This document shows positions 18,374 through 27,286 of a stretch of DNA of 64,000 nucleotides, piece by piece (position 1 is the stretch's first letter; each line of letters starts with the position of its first letter). Below the pieces are notes generated by a model, which saw nothing but the letters and a program-made list of their open reading frames with translations, did not search any database and had not been told where the DNA came from. The stretch spans positions 1,315 through 65,314 of the forward strand of contig VBFR01000183.1 in assembly GCA_005889345.1 (NCBI GenBank), written 5' to 3'. This stretch comes from Chloroflexota bacterium (GTDB taxonomy: Bacteria; Chloroflexota; Dormibacteria; CF-121). Made by a program: the position numbers and the translations under genes.

Positions 18374-19353
18374 CAGTTCTTTCCGAGCAGCGCCCTGGCC
18401 GTTACGATCACGTCCGCCTTGCCCGGGAAGGCGATCTTCTCCAGGCGCTTGTTGTAGGGCGCCGGCACCTCGGCGGCGCCGATCCGCGCGACCGGCGCGT
18501 CGAGATAGTCGAACGCTTCCTCGTAGACGCGCGAGGCAATCTCCGAGCCGACGCCGTACGAGCGCCAGCCTTCTTCGACCGTGATCAGCCGGCTCGTCTT
18601 CTTGACCGATTCAATCACGGGCGCCATGTCCAGTGGACGCAGGGCCCGCATGTCGACCACCTCGGCGCTGATGCCCTCTTTTTCGAGCTCGGTCGCGGCG
18701 TCCATGGCCACGATCAACATACGGGAATGCGCGCAGATCGTGATGTGCTCGCCCGCTCGCTTCACCTCGTTCTTGTCCAACGCCACCAGGTGGTCGCCGT
18801 CGGGGACCTCCCCCTTGACCGCGTAGGTGCCTTCGTTCTCGATGAACATCACCGGGTTGTCGTCGCGGATCGCCGACTTCAACATGCCCTTGGCATCGGC
18901 GGGAGTGCCGGGCGCGACAACCTTGAGGCCGGGGACGTGGGCGAACCAGTTCTCGTGGCTATGTGAATGCTGCGCTCCGAGCTGGTGGCCGCCGCCACCC
19001 GGGGTGCGGATGACCAGCGGAACCTTCGTCCCACCGCCGAACATGTAGCGGATGTGTGCCGCGGCGTTGACCACCTGGTCCATGGCGACCATGATGAAGT
19101 TGACGGTCATCATCTCGGCGACCGGCCGCAGCCCCGACATCGCGGCGCCAATGGCGGTGCCGATGATGATCTCCTCGGCGATGGGCGTGTCGAGCACGCG
19201 CTTCTCGCCGAACTCCTTCATCAAGCCGCGCGTCACCTTGAAGGACCCGTCGTAGAGGCCGATGTCCTCGCCCAGCAGGAACACCGACTCGTCGCGTTTC
19301 ATCTCCTCGCGGAGCGCCTGGTTGAGCGCGTCGCGCATGGCAAGAACGGCCAT
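18373..19353 (-). CDS. 2-oxoacid dehydrogenase E1 component beta subunit
   Basis: Transketolase-like pyrimidine-binding and C-terminal domains; shares single-nucleotide overlaps with its neighbours, so it sits in an operon. Confidence 0.9.
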   Translation of the reverse strand: MAVLAMRDALNQALREEMKRDESVFLLGEDIGLYDGSFKVTRGLMKEFGEKRVLDTPIAEEIIIGTAIGAAMSGLRPVAEMMTVNFIMVAMDQVVNAAAHIRYMFGGGTKVPLVIRTPGGGGHQLGAQHSHSHENWFAHVPGLKVVAPGTPADAKGMLKSAIRDDNPVMFIENEGTYAVKGEVPDGDHLVALDKNEVKRAGEHITICAHSRMLIVAMDAATELEKEGISAEVVDMRALRPLDMAPVIESVKKTSRLITVEEGWRSYGVGSEIASRVYEEAFDYLDAPVARIGAAEVPAPYNKRLEKIAFPGKADVIVTARALLGKN

Positions 19354-20369
19354 CAGCTTGCCGCCTCGCCGGCGTAGACGTCGCGATAAAGATCTTTGGG
19401 ATCCGGGTCCGGACTCTCCTCCGCGAACTTCACCGCCTCCTCGACCTGGGCGGTGACCTCCTCATCGATGCGCTGGATGTCGTCATCCGAGAGCATCTTC
19501 TGCTTCTTCATCTGTTCGCCAAGGCTGAGGATGGCGTCGCGTGTCTGCCATTCCTTGATCTCGTCCTTGCCGCGGTAGGTGTCGGGGTCCGACATCGAGT
19601 GGCCGCGGTAGCGATAGGTGACGCATTCGAGCAGGCTCGGCTCATGCTTCTCGCGGGCCTGGGCGACCAACTGGTCGGTGATGCGCCGCACGGCGAGTAC
19701 GTCCATCCCGTCGACCCGTTCGCCCGTCATGTCGTAGGCGCAGGCCTTCTTCCAGATCTCGGTGACGGCCGAGGCCCGGTTGACCGCGGTGCCCATACCG
19801 TAGAGGTTGTTGACGCAGATGAAGACGATCGGCAGGTGCCAGAGCTTGGCGACGTTCAGCGATTCGTGGAAGGCGCCGATGTTCGTCGCACCGTCGCCGA
19901 AGATGCTCATCACGACTTCGTCGGTGCCCTGGTAGTTGATGGCGTAGGCGCTGCCGCAGGCGATCGGGAGCGCTTGCCCGACGATGGCGTAGCCGCCGTA
20001 GAAGCGGTGTTCCTGGCTGAAGAGGTGCATCGAGCCACCCCGGCCATGCGAGGTGCCGGTCTCCTTGCCGAAGAGCTCGGCCATCACCGCTTTTGGCTCG
20101 ATCCCCTTGGCGATGGCGTGGCCGTGCTCGCGGTAGGTGCTGTAGACATAGTCCGCGGGCCGCAATGCCGAGATGGTGCCGACGATGGTCGCTTCCTCGC
20201 CGATGTTGAGGTGGCAGAAACCGCCGATCTTGGCGGCCTGGTACATCTCGGCGGTTTTCTCCTCGAAGCGCCGGATCAGCAGCATCTCGCGGTAGAGCTT
20301 GAGCAGGGTCTCCTTGTCGGAAAGTGCCGCCTTCGACCGGCTCTCGGCGGCTCGCTGTTCGACTTTCAT
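19353..20369 (-). CDS. 2-oxoacid dehydrogenase E1 component alpha subunit (TPP-dependent)
   Basis: TPP-binding GDGATNIG...N motif and LYREMLLIRRFEE N-terminus. Confidence 0.9.
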   Translation of the reverse strand: MKVEQRAAESRSKAALSDKETLLKLYREMLLIRRFEEKTAEMYQAAKIGGFCHLNIGEEATIVGTISALRPADYVYSTYREHGHAIAKGIEPKAVMAELFGKETGTSHGRGGSMHLFSQEHRFYGGYAIVGQALPIACGSAYAINYQGTDEVVMSIFGDGATNIGAFHESLNVAKLWHLPIVFICVNNLYGMGTAVNRASAVTEIWKKACAYDMTGERVDGMDVLAVRRITDQLVAQAREKHEPSLLECVTYRYRGHSMSDPDTYRGKDEIKEWQTRDAILSLGEQMKKQKMLSDDDIQRIDEEVTAQVEEAVKFAEESPDPDPKDLYRDVYAGEAAS

Positions 20370-20449
20370 GACGGCTCCTGGGACGCGCGCTGGAAAATGG
20401 GCTGCAAAACCCCCCTATTGTAGTGGCGAGGAGCGCAAATTCCGGGGCG

Positions 20450-21271
20450 TCAAACCGCCGTGGGCGGCTTGCTGGCTCTGAGTGAAAAGAAGAGCGGCAG
20501 CTTGCCGTCCAGCTCGGGTGGCAGGCGATAGCGGCCATCGTCGGAGGGGAGCAGGAAGGAGACCGGCCACTCGCAAAACGTGAACTCGTGGAGGAATTCC
20601 ACGAGAAGGCGCGACGTCGCGAGCCCGCTGACGATCTCGCCCAGGCTGTGGTTCCAGGCGTACTCGTGCTCGGCCTTCACGCGCGCCGTTCGGTCGGCAT
20701 AGGAGCCCTGCGGCTTGAACACGAGCGGCTCGCGCGTCGTGAAGTACGGATACCGAAGGCGGAGTTCGGTCACGCCGTCGTCGTCATCGAAGACCTGCGC
20801 GAACGGGTGAATCTCCGTGATGTAGAAGGCGCCGCCTGGCTTCAGGAAGTGCGCGACGACCTGCGCCCAGCGCTCGATGTCCGGCAGCCAGCCGAGTACC
20901 CCGCGTGAGGTGTAGACGATGTCAAAGCTTCCCGGGAGCAGCGCGGGCAGGTCGTAGAGGTCGGCGCAGACGAAGGTGGCGGGCAGCGACAGTTCGGCGG
21001 CTAGCGCGCGCGCCTGCTCGATCCCCGCCGGCGAAAAATCGGCGCCGGTCACCGTCGCGCCGAGCCTCGCCCAGGACAGGGTATCGAGGCCGAAGTGGCA
21101 CTGGAGGTGGAGCAGGGTCTTGCCCTCGACGGGACCGACCTCCTCGATCTCGTAGGCGCGGAGCCTGCTGTGACCGGCCCTGAAGGCGTCAACCTTATAG
21201 AAGTCGGACTGGTAATTGATGCGGGTCCACTCGTCCCAGAGCTCGCGGTTCGCCTGGAGGTACCTATCCAT
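20450..21271 (-). CDS. class I SAM-dependent methyltransferase
   Basis: Methyltransferase fold ([28 protein letters not shown]). The start is set at the internal Met (MDRYLQ) because queF ends at 21264. Confidence 0.6.
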   Translation of the reverse strand: MDRYLQANRELWDEWTRINYQSDFYKVDAFRAGHSRLRAYEIEEVGPVEGKTLLHLQCHFGLDTLSWARLGATVTGADFSPAGIEQARALAAELSLPATFVCADLYDLPALLPGSFDIVYTSRGVLGWLPDIERWAQVVAHFLKPGGAFYITEIHPFAQVFDDDDGVTELRLRYPYFTTREPLVFKPQGSYADRTARVKAEHEYAWNHSLGEIVSGLATSRLLVEFLHEFTFCEWPVSFLLPSDDGRYRLPPELDGKLPLFFSLRASKPPTAV

Positions 21272-21668
21272 CGCCGCGGCTGGCGCCGTTCGGCGAGTAT
21301 CCCTTCTGCGTATGACGGGCCGTGACCACCGTCTTGATGTTGCCGCGGACATTGAAGTCACCGACGACCTCCATGAATCGCGGATCGAGCAAGGTTACGA
21401 GGTCATCGAGGATTCGATTCACGGCTGCCTCGTGGAAGATCTCCCGGTCGCGAAACTTGTTGATGTAGAGCTTCAGCGACTTGAGCTCGACCAGCTTCTG
21501 GTCGGGGATGTACCGGATGTGGATCGTGGCGAAGTCGGGGAAGCCGGAATCAGGCGCCAGGCAGGTGAACTCGGGAATCGTGAAGTCGATCTCGTAGTCA
21601 CGCTCCGGCTTGTCGTTTTTGACCGCCTCGAGGGATGACTCGGCGATCATCTTGGCCCCGTATTTCAT
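21264..21668 (-). CDS. queF: NADPH-dependent 7-cyano-7-deazaguanine reductase QueF (type I)
   Basis: [41 protein letters not shown] matches the QueF signature, with the catalytic Cys in the EFTCL segment. Confidence 0.85.
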   Translation of the reverse strand: MKYGAKMIAESSLEAVKNDKPERDYEIDFTIPEFTCLAPDSGFPDFATIHIRYIPDQKLVELKSLKLYINKFRDREIFHEAAVNRILDDLVTLLDPRFMEVVGDFNVRGNIKTVVTARHTQKGYSPNGASRGDG

Positions 21669-21817
21669 TGGTCAATGCTAGCCCACAAGAAAGGCCAGGA
21701 CCGGCGTTTATAGGCGGCAATGACGGAATCCCAGGGCGGGCCCCCTGATTCGTAGGCCGTCGGCGAAGACGTGGCCGCGGCCGATGCTGCCCTCGGATTA
21801 TCGGTTGGCCGCCTAAC

Positions 21818-22867
21818 TCAGGGGGTAACCGTAAAGGCCGTCCGCGAGCTCGTGACGCTGCCGTCGCCGTTGGTCAGCTGGATGACGTAATCCTGGACGA
21901 CGCTCCCGGCCGGCACTTTGACGGTGATGGTCGACGGGTTGACGAGTGTTGCGGCGAGACCATCGAACGCGCCATTGGGGCTGGCGAGCGGAACGAAATG
22001 GACCCGCAGCATAGCGCCGGCGCTAAAACCGCTGCCCTGGATCGTGATGACGGTATCTTGCGCCGACGGCGCGCGGGCCGGGCTGACCGCCTGGATCGAG
22101 AGCCCTGCGCTGGGCGAGCTGGTCGTGTCGCTTCCGCGCAACACCAAGGTCCCGGGGAGCGGCGCCAACGGCATTACAGACCCGGCTTGACCGTGCCACT
22201 TCCCGATGTCGCTCGAGGCGAGGCTGATGGGGAGCGCCTTCCCCGTGGTGGTGAGGATGCCGATCACCTTGCCGCCCGGTCCGACCAGGGGACCGCCGAG
22301 GTTTCCCGGAAGATCATCCACGCGAAGCGTCAGTTGCGAGTCGCTTCGCTCAGTCAGGACGGCCGGCGTCGAGGGCCGCAGGTTCGCCACCTTGGGACTG
22401 GCGAGCAGGACGGCCGGGTCGGCGGGCTGCAGTGCCGCCGCGTCGCCGAAGGGCAGTGGCGTCCCGTCGTTGCTGGCTCGAACCTCGGCGATCCCGAGCG
22501 ACGCATCGATCCCGATCACGCGCACGGGACGGGTGCCGCCGGTGTTGTCGATGAGCCGCAGGCTCTGGCTGCCGTCGACCAGGCTGGCCGCCGTCAGGAA
22601 GTCGCCCTGCGTGTCGATCAGGAAGGCCGTGCCGAACGAGTGCTCGTTGACGATCGTCATCACGCCGGCGAGATCCCGTTCCAGCTCGTCCGGCAGCAGG
22701 ACCGCGGACGGTGGCGCCGTGGGCGTCGGGGTCGGTGCCGGGGTCGCCGTCGGTTGGGCCAGGCGCTGGGCGGCGGTCGGGATCAGGACAGCCAGTCCCG
22801 CCACGACGAGCGCGACCACGAGTGCCGTCAGGAGCTGGTCCTTGCGGAGTCCGCGTAGAGGGCCCAC
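21818..22867 (-). CDS. membrane-anchored trypsin-like (S1C/HtrA-like) homolog with IPT/TIG-like C-terminal domain; catalytic His and Ser substituted (predicted inactive)
   Basis: TAASLV in place of TNNHVV, and GNLGGPLV in place of GNSGGPL; the Asp motif GIDASLGIAEV is retained. N-terminal TM helix and a Pro/Thr linker. Confidence 0.6.
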   Translation of the reverse strand: MGPLRGLRKDQLLTALVVALVVAGLAVLIPTAAQRLAQPTATPAPTPTPTAPPSAVLLPDELERDLAGVMTIVNEHSFGTAFLIDTQGDFLTAASLVDGSQSLRLIDNTGGTRPVRVIGIDASLGIAEVRASNDGTPLPFGDAAALQPADPAVLLASPKVANLRPSTPAVLTERSDSQLTLRVDDLPGNLGGPLVGPGGKVIGILTTTGKALPISLASSDIGKWHGQAGSVMPLAPLPGTLVLRGSDTTSSPSAGLSIQAVSPARAPSAQDTVITIQGSGFSAGAMLRVHFVPLASPNGAFDGLAATLVNPSTITVKVPAGSVVQDYVIQLTNGDGSVTSSRTAFTVTP

Positions 22868-22907
22868 AGGCCTTCAACGAAGCAGGGCATCGTATACATT
22901 CATCACG

Positions 22908-24107
22908 ATGCGGCTGCGGAATACCGAAACGAACGCGGTCCAGCCGCTCGAGCCCCATTCCGAACCGGTGCGGCTCTATGTCTGCGGCATCACGCCCTAC
23001 GACACGACCCACCTTGGCCATGCCTTCACCTATGTCGTGTTCGACGTGCTCGTGCGGGTGTTGCGCGCGGCCGGTCAACCGGTCCGCTACGTGCAAAACG
23101 TGACCGACGTCGACGATGACATCATCCGGCGGGCACGCGAGCTCGGTACCACCTGGGATCACCTCGCGGACAAAGAGACGGCACTCTATGTCGACGACAT
23201 GGCGGCGCTCAATGTGCTCGCCCCCGATGTCTTCCCCAGGGCCAGCCAGACGATCCCAAAGATCATCGCGCTGATCGTCAGGCTGGAGGCGCAGGGTCAC
23301 GCGTATCAGCGCGAGGGCAACGTCTATTTCCGCGTAGGGAGCATCGCGGATTACGGGCGCTTGAGCCGGCTGAGCCTTAAGGAGATGATCACCCTGTCCG
23401 CGCAGCGCGGCGCCGATCCGAATGACCCGCGCAAGCAGGACCCGCTCGATTTCGTCCTCTGGCAGGTAAGTGCCCTTGGCGAGCCGCGGTGGGACAGCCC
23501 CTGGGGCGTGGGCCGCCCCGGTTGGCACATCGAGTGCTCGGCGATGGTGCTGGAACACCTGGGCCCGCAACTCGATATCCATGGCGGCGGCGCCGACCTC
23601 ATCTATCCGCATCACGAGAGCGAGATTGCGCAGTCGGAATCCGCGACCGGGGTGCGGCCGTTCGCGCGTATCTGGGCGCACGTCGGCATGCTCCGTTACC
23701 AGGGCGAGAAGATGAGCAAGTCTCTGCGCAACCTGGTCCTCGTCCGCGACCTTTTGACCCGCTACGACGCCGACAGCATCCGGGTCCTGCTGCTCCGCCA
23801 TCACTATCGCGAGCCATGGGAGTACACACCCGACCAGCTCGATGAGGCGGCCGCCTGGACGGCGCGGCTGCGTGCGGCGGCTGGCGGGACACGCCAGGAC
23901 GTCGGCGACAGCGCCTTTGCGGCGCGGGCCGCGCTGGAGAATGACCTCGATACGCCCGGCGCTCTGCAAGTGTTGGAAGACGCCGTGGATGGCGGCGATG
24001 GCGGCTGGCGCGCCACCGCTGACCTTTTGGGGCTGCGGCTTGGTGCCCGTGCCGCGGAGGGGACAGAAATGAAAAAGGCGCTCGGGTGGCGAGCGCCTTT
24101 CTCGTAA
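22908..24107 (+). CDS. cysteinyl-tRNA synthetase paralog, MshC-like (Cys:GlcN-Ins ligase)
   Basis: HLGHAFTY (HIGH-like) and KMSKS motifs, about 399 aa, with no anticodon-binding extension. It resembles the recalled MshC sequence (LYVCGITPYD...HLGHA...YVQNVTDVDD). Confidence 0.6.
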   Translation: MRLRNTETNAVQPLEPHSEPVRLYVCGITPYDTTHLGHAFTYVVFDVLVRVLRAAGQPVRYVQNVTDVDDDIIRRARELGTTWDHLADKETALYVDDMAALNVLAPDVFPRASQTIPKIIALIVRLEAQGHAYQREGNVYFRVGSIADYGRLSRLSLKEMITLSAQRGADPNDPRKQDPLDFVLWQVSALGEPRWDSPWGVGRPGWHIECSAMVLEHLGPQLDIHGGGADLIYPHHESEIAQSESATGVRPFARIWAHVGMLRYQGEKMSKSLRNLVLVRDLLTRYDADSIRVLLLRHHYREPWEYTPDQLDEAAAWTARLRAAAGGTRQDVGDSAFAARAALENDLDTPGALQVLEDAVDGGDGGWRATADLLGLRLGARAAEGTEMKKALGWRAPFS

Positions 24108-24123
24108 TGGGGGAGGGAGTTAG

Positions 24124-24660
24124 TTAGTCGTTTCCCTCGCGGTCGGAGCCGGCCTTCGCCGAGTCACGCGTCTCGGTTTCCGGCTTCTCGACGTCTTGCT
24201 TCTCGACGTCCTGCTTTTCGACGTCCTGCTTCTCGACGTCGGGCTGCTTGACCTCCGCGGTCTGCGCCTTCAGTTCAGCAATCGCCGCCACGTACTCCGC
24301 CTTCAGGCTCGCGACTGCCTTGCAGGCATCAGCGACGATCTCCGTTAGCTGCGCGTTGAGAGCGGTGGCGTCCTTGGCGTCTCCTTCGTCGCTGGTTTCA
24401 GCGACAGCCTCGTCGATGCTGCTGTTCGCCTCCGCCGTAATTTCGGCGAGGGCGGCCGTGGTCTCGGCATTCAGAGCCGTCGCCTCGGTCCGCGCGTCGC
24501 CGGTCAGGGTTGCCGGGTCGGTCAGTACAACGGTTTTAGCGCAAGCGCTAACCGCGGCCTTGGCCGAATCGGCCGTAAGGTTGCCGGCAAAGCCCGCCAC
24601 ACTGGTGTAGAGGGCCAACCCACCGGCGACAATCATCGCGCCGAATACGTTTCGCTTCAT
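24124..24660 (-). CDS. secreted Ala-rich protein with C-terminal (KQDVE)x4 repeat
   Basis: Signal peptide MKRNVFGAMIVAGGLALYTSVAG and a 15-bp tandem repeat in the DNA. Confidence 0.5.
   Translation of the reverse strand: MKRNVFGAMIVAGGLALYTSVAGFAGNLTADSAKAAVSACAKTVVLTDPATLTGDARTEATALNAETTAALAEITAEANSSIDEAVAETSDEGDAKDATALNAQLTEIVADACKAVASLKAEYVAAIAELKAQTAEVKQPDVEKQDVEKQDVEKQDVEKPETETRDSAKAGSDREGND
24184..24243. repeat. 4 x 15-bp tandem repeat (cttctcgacgtcytg) encoding EKQDV units
   Basis: Direct inspection of the sequence. Confidence 0.8.
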
Positions 24661-24725
24661 GCCATCTAATACGCATTCGGATGGCCGGCTATTCGTAACG
24701 TTGTCGCGACCGGGTAACGCCGGCC

Positions 24726-25154
24726 TTACACAGGTTCGATGAGGCGATGAACCCGCGGTAAGCGCGCCGGGGGAAATGGTGGCAGGTCAGCGGGGCCGCG
24801 GGCTTCCAGTTCGATCCGGAGCACGGCCGTTTCACGCACCAGGCGCTCGACGTCGACCGTCATGCACGCCGGCCGGTACGGCTCCAACTTGGCCAGCCCG
24901 TGCCCGAGCTTCGCCACGGCACCCTTCCAATTGCCTCGCCGCCAGTGATAGAAGCCGACCCCAACCTGCAGGATGCCCTGGTAGAGATAGCGGACCTCGT
25001 CCGGCTCGCGAATCCAGATGCCCTCGAGCGTCTCGTGCTGCTCGAAGAACTCCTGGCGGTTGAATTCCTCGATGCCGTGGAGCAGCGCGTCCGGCGGGGG
25101 GTCGTCGCAGCGCGCGGTGCGGCGGGGCGAGGTCTTCTTTACGTGCGCCTTCAC
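24726..25154 (-). CDS. DUF309 family protein
   Basis: EFNRQEFFEQHETLEGIW pattern; overlaps the upstream kinase gene by 4 nt. Confidence 0.5.
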   Translation of the reverse strand: MKAHVKKTSPRRTARCDDPPPDALLHGIEEFNRQEFFEQHETLEGIWIREPDEVRYLYQGILQVGVGFYHWRRGNWKGAVAKLGHGLAKLEPYRPACMTVDVERLVRETAVLRIELEARGPADLPPFPPARLPRVHRLIEPV

Positions 25155-26374
25155 GCCGAGCTCTGGCCGGCGGCCGACGCGCGCGCGGTGTCGCCATCGG
25201 GCGACGCGGCCGGCAGCTCGAGATAGAAGGTTGTGCCTTTGCCTTCCAGGCTGTTGGCCCAGGCGCGGCCGCCATGTGCCTCGGCCACCCGACGCAGCAG
25301 GTACAACCCGAGCCCTTCGCCGCGTGCCGGCTGCTCCTCGGTCAGCGGGCTGAACAGTTCAGCCAGCCGGTCCGCGGACATTCCGGGGCCGTCGTCCTTG
25401 ACGATCAGCTGGCAACGATCGGGGGTTGACTGTCGCAGGCGAAGCTGGACCACGGTCGCGCTCCGCGCGTGCTTGAATACGTTATGGAGCATCTCGTCGA
25501 GCGCCGCCTCGAGCAGGGTCGCGTCGCCCCAGACGTCCGCGTGGGCGTCGAGCTGCAGACGCAGCTCCATGCCGGCGCCTGCCATCCGTTGCCGGATCCG
25601 CTGCGCCGCTGATTGCGCGACGGCATCCAGCGAGACCCGCACGGTGAAGGCCAGCTCCAGCGGAAGCCGTGAGAGCAGCAGGACCTGGTCGGCGATCCGC
25701 ATCAGGGTTTCTGACTGCTGGGCGAGGCGCTGCGCCACCACGGTCATCTGATCGGGGGGCACCTCGTTGTTGCTCAACATGTCGGCGTAGCCTCGCAGGA
25801 TCTCCAGCGGCTCCTTCACCTCCTCGGAGGCCAGCCGAATCGCGGATACCGGTGTGCGGGACCGGCCGTTGAGTGAGGTTGATCCGGGTCGCAGTCGCGG
25901 GGCGAGCAGTCCGGCCACCACCAGCAGTAGGTCCTGCTCCTCCGCGGTGAACACGCGGGCGCTCTTGCCCAACACCGCCAGCGTGCCGGTCACCTCTCCC
26001 TCCGCGTTGCGCAACTCGGTTCCCAGGTAGCTGCTGATGTCGAACTGCTGCCGCATGGCCAGCCGCTTGAAGGGCTGGCGTTTGGAGGCGTCGCGAACAT
26101 TGATCAGGCCCGAGTCGCTCTCCTCCTCGGCGGCGCCGAAGGTATCCTCCAGCGGTAGACGGGTACCCTGCTGGATCGCGGGTCCGCTCTCGACCTGGGC
26201 CGCGATGATCTCCAGCGTCTCGCCATCGATCTTGCCAAGGAACGCCGCCCGAGCGTCGAGCGCCTGGACCAGGCAGCCGATCGCGCTGTCGATGACATCG
26301 AGAACGGGCTTGTCGAGATTGGCAACCACCAGGCGGCGGACCAGGCTGAGGTGCGGCTGGCGGTCAGGGCTCAT
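25151..26374 (-). CDS. GAF-domain sensor histidine kinase
   Basis: HATPase_c (LHNVFKHARSATVVQLRLRQ...DDGPGM) and DHp regions. The start is set at MSPDRQ; the upstream 70 codons of the track ORF are probably not translated. Confidence 0.7.
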   Translation of the reverse strand: MSPDRQPHLSLVRRLVVANLDKPVLDVIDSAIGCLVQALDARAAFLGKIDGETLEIIAAQVESGPAIQQGTRLPLEDTFGAAEEESDSGLINVRDASKRQPFKRLAMRQQFDISSYLGTELRNAEGEVTGTLAVLGKSARVFTAEEQDLLLVVAGLLAPRLRPGSTSLNGRSRTPVSAIRLASEEVKEPLEILRGYADMLSNNEVPPDQMTVVAQRLAQQSETLMRIADQVLLLSRLPLELAFTVRVSLDAVAQSAAQRIRQRMAGAGMELRLQLDAHADVWGDATLLEAALDEMLHNVFKHARSATVVQLRLRQSTPDRCQLIVKDDGPGMSADRLAELFSPLTEEQPARGEGLGLYLLRRVAEAHGGRAWANSLEGKGTTFYLELPAASPDGDTARASAAGQSSA

Positions 26375-27286
26375 GAAGGGGTGCCCACGGTTATAACATG
26401 CCCACCATTGCCAGAGGTATCCAACGGGCGGGCGAACCTGCACCTGCACACGATCTTCAGCGACGGTGAGCTCACACCTGCAGAGGTTGTCGCGGCTCAC
26501 GCCGCCGCGGGGTTCGACGTCATCGCCCTCACCGACCACGACACGCTGGCCGGGATCGATGCCCTCGCCAGCCTGGAGGGCCACGGCCTGCGGATGATCT
26601 CAGGCGTCGAGCTGTCGATCGAAGATGAACCCGGTCGCGGCCTGGTCGACGCCCATCTACTCGGCTACGGCTTTGCCCTCAACAACCGGCGGCTACGCAA
26701 CCGCCTGCATCAAGCGAGCGAGGCGCGCGAGGCGCAGAAACGGCAAACGGTCGACCGGCTGGCGGCGGCCGGCTACCGGGTGACATGGGAGGCGGTGCGC
26801 GCCGGCGCGCGTGGCAACGTCGGCAAGCCCCATATCGTGGCGGCCATCGAGGCAATGCAGCCGGGCGTGGCGCGCGAAGAGTTGTACGCCGTGATGGGAC
26901 CAGGTGGGGCGGCACATGTTCCGCGCGCCACTGAGATGTCGTTGGATGAGGCCGTGGATATGGTGACGGCGGCGGGAGGCGTCACCGTGCTCGCGCACCC
27001 GGGAGTCTACCGTCATGTGCGCGACCTGCAGGTACTGTTTCGGGCGTGCGCTGTGGCAGGGGTGCTTGGGCTGGAGGTCACCTATCCGCAGGCACCCGAT
27101 GACCCCTATGGGCCGAAGAGTGCCGCGTTGATGGATCGTTTCCAGAAGGTCGCGGCCTCCTACGGTTGGGTGGCAACCGGCGGCGACGACTTCCATGGGC
27201 CTCGCGTCACACCGCTTATCCGATTGGCCGCCTGGACCGCCACGCCGGCGGCCGTTGCCGACCAGGTGCTCGCCCGCCGCAGCTAG
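26351..27286 (+). CDS. PHP-domain phosphoesterase (TrpH/YciV-like)
   Basis: NLHLHTIFSDGELTPAEVVAAHAAAGFDVIALTDHDT. The start may be GTG 26378 or TTG 26405 rather than 26351. Confidence 0.7.
   Translation: MRLAVRAHEGVPTVITCPPLPEVSNGRANLHLHTIFSDGELTPAEVVAAHAAAGFDVIALTDHDTLAGIDALASLEGHGLRMISGVELSIEDEPGRGLVDAHLLGYGFALNNRRLRNRLHQASEAREAQKRQTVDRLAAAGYRVTWEAVRAGARGNVGKPHIVAAIEAMQPGVAREELYAVMGPGGAAHVPRATEMSLDEAVDMVTAAGGVTVLAHPGVYRHVRDLQVLFRACAVAGVLGLEVTYPQAPDDPYGPKSAALMDRFQKVAASYGWVATGGDDFHGPRVTPLIRLAAWTATPAAVADQVLARRS

Noticed and set aside
21669-21817. Possible preQ1 riboswitch upstream of queF
   Set aside because: I inspected the 150-nt leader on the minus strand and found no convincing preQ1-I/II stem-loop plus A-rich tail (no AGAGG...CCUCU...UAAAAAACUA-like pattern). 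queF appears unregulated by a recognisable riboswitch here.
22350-23969. 539-aa ORF on the minus strand
   Set aside because: It is antisense to the MshC-like synthetase gene, with Arg/Pro/Gly-rich low-complexity translation typical of high-GC antisense frames and no motifs.
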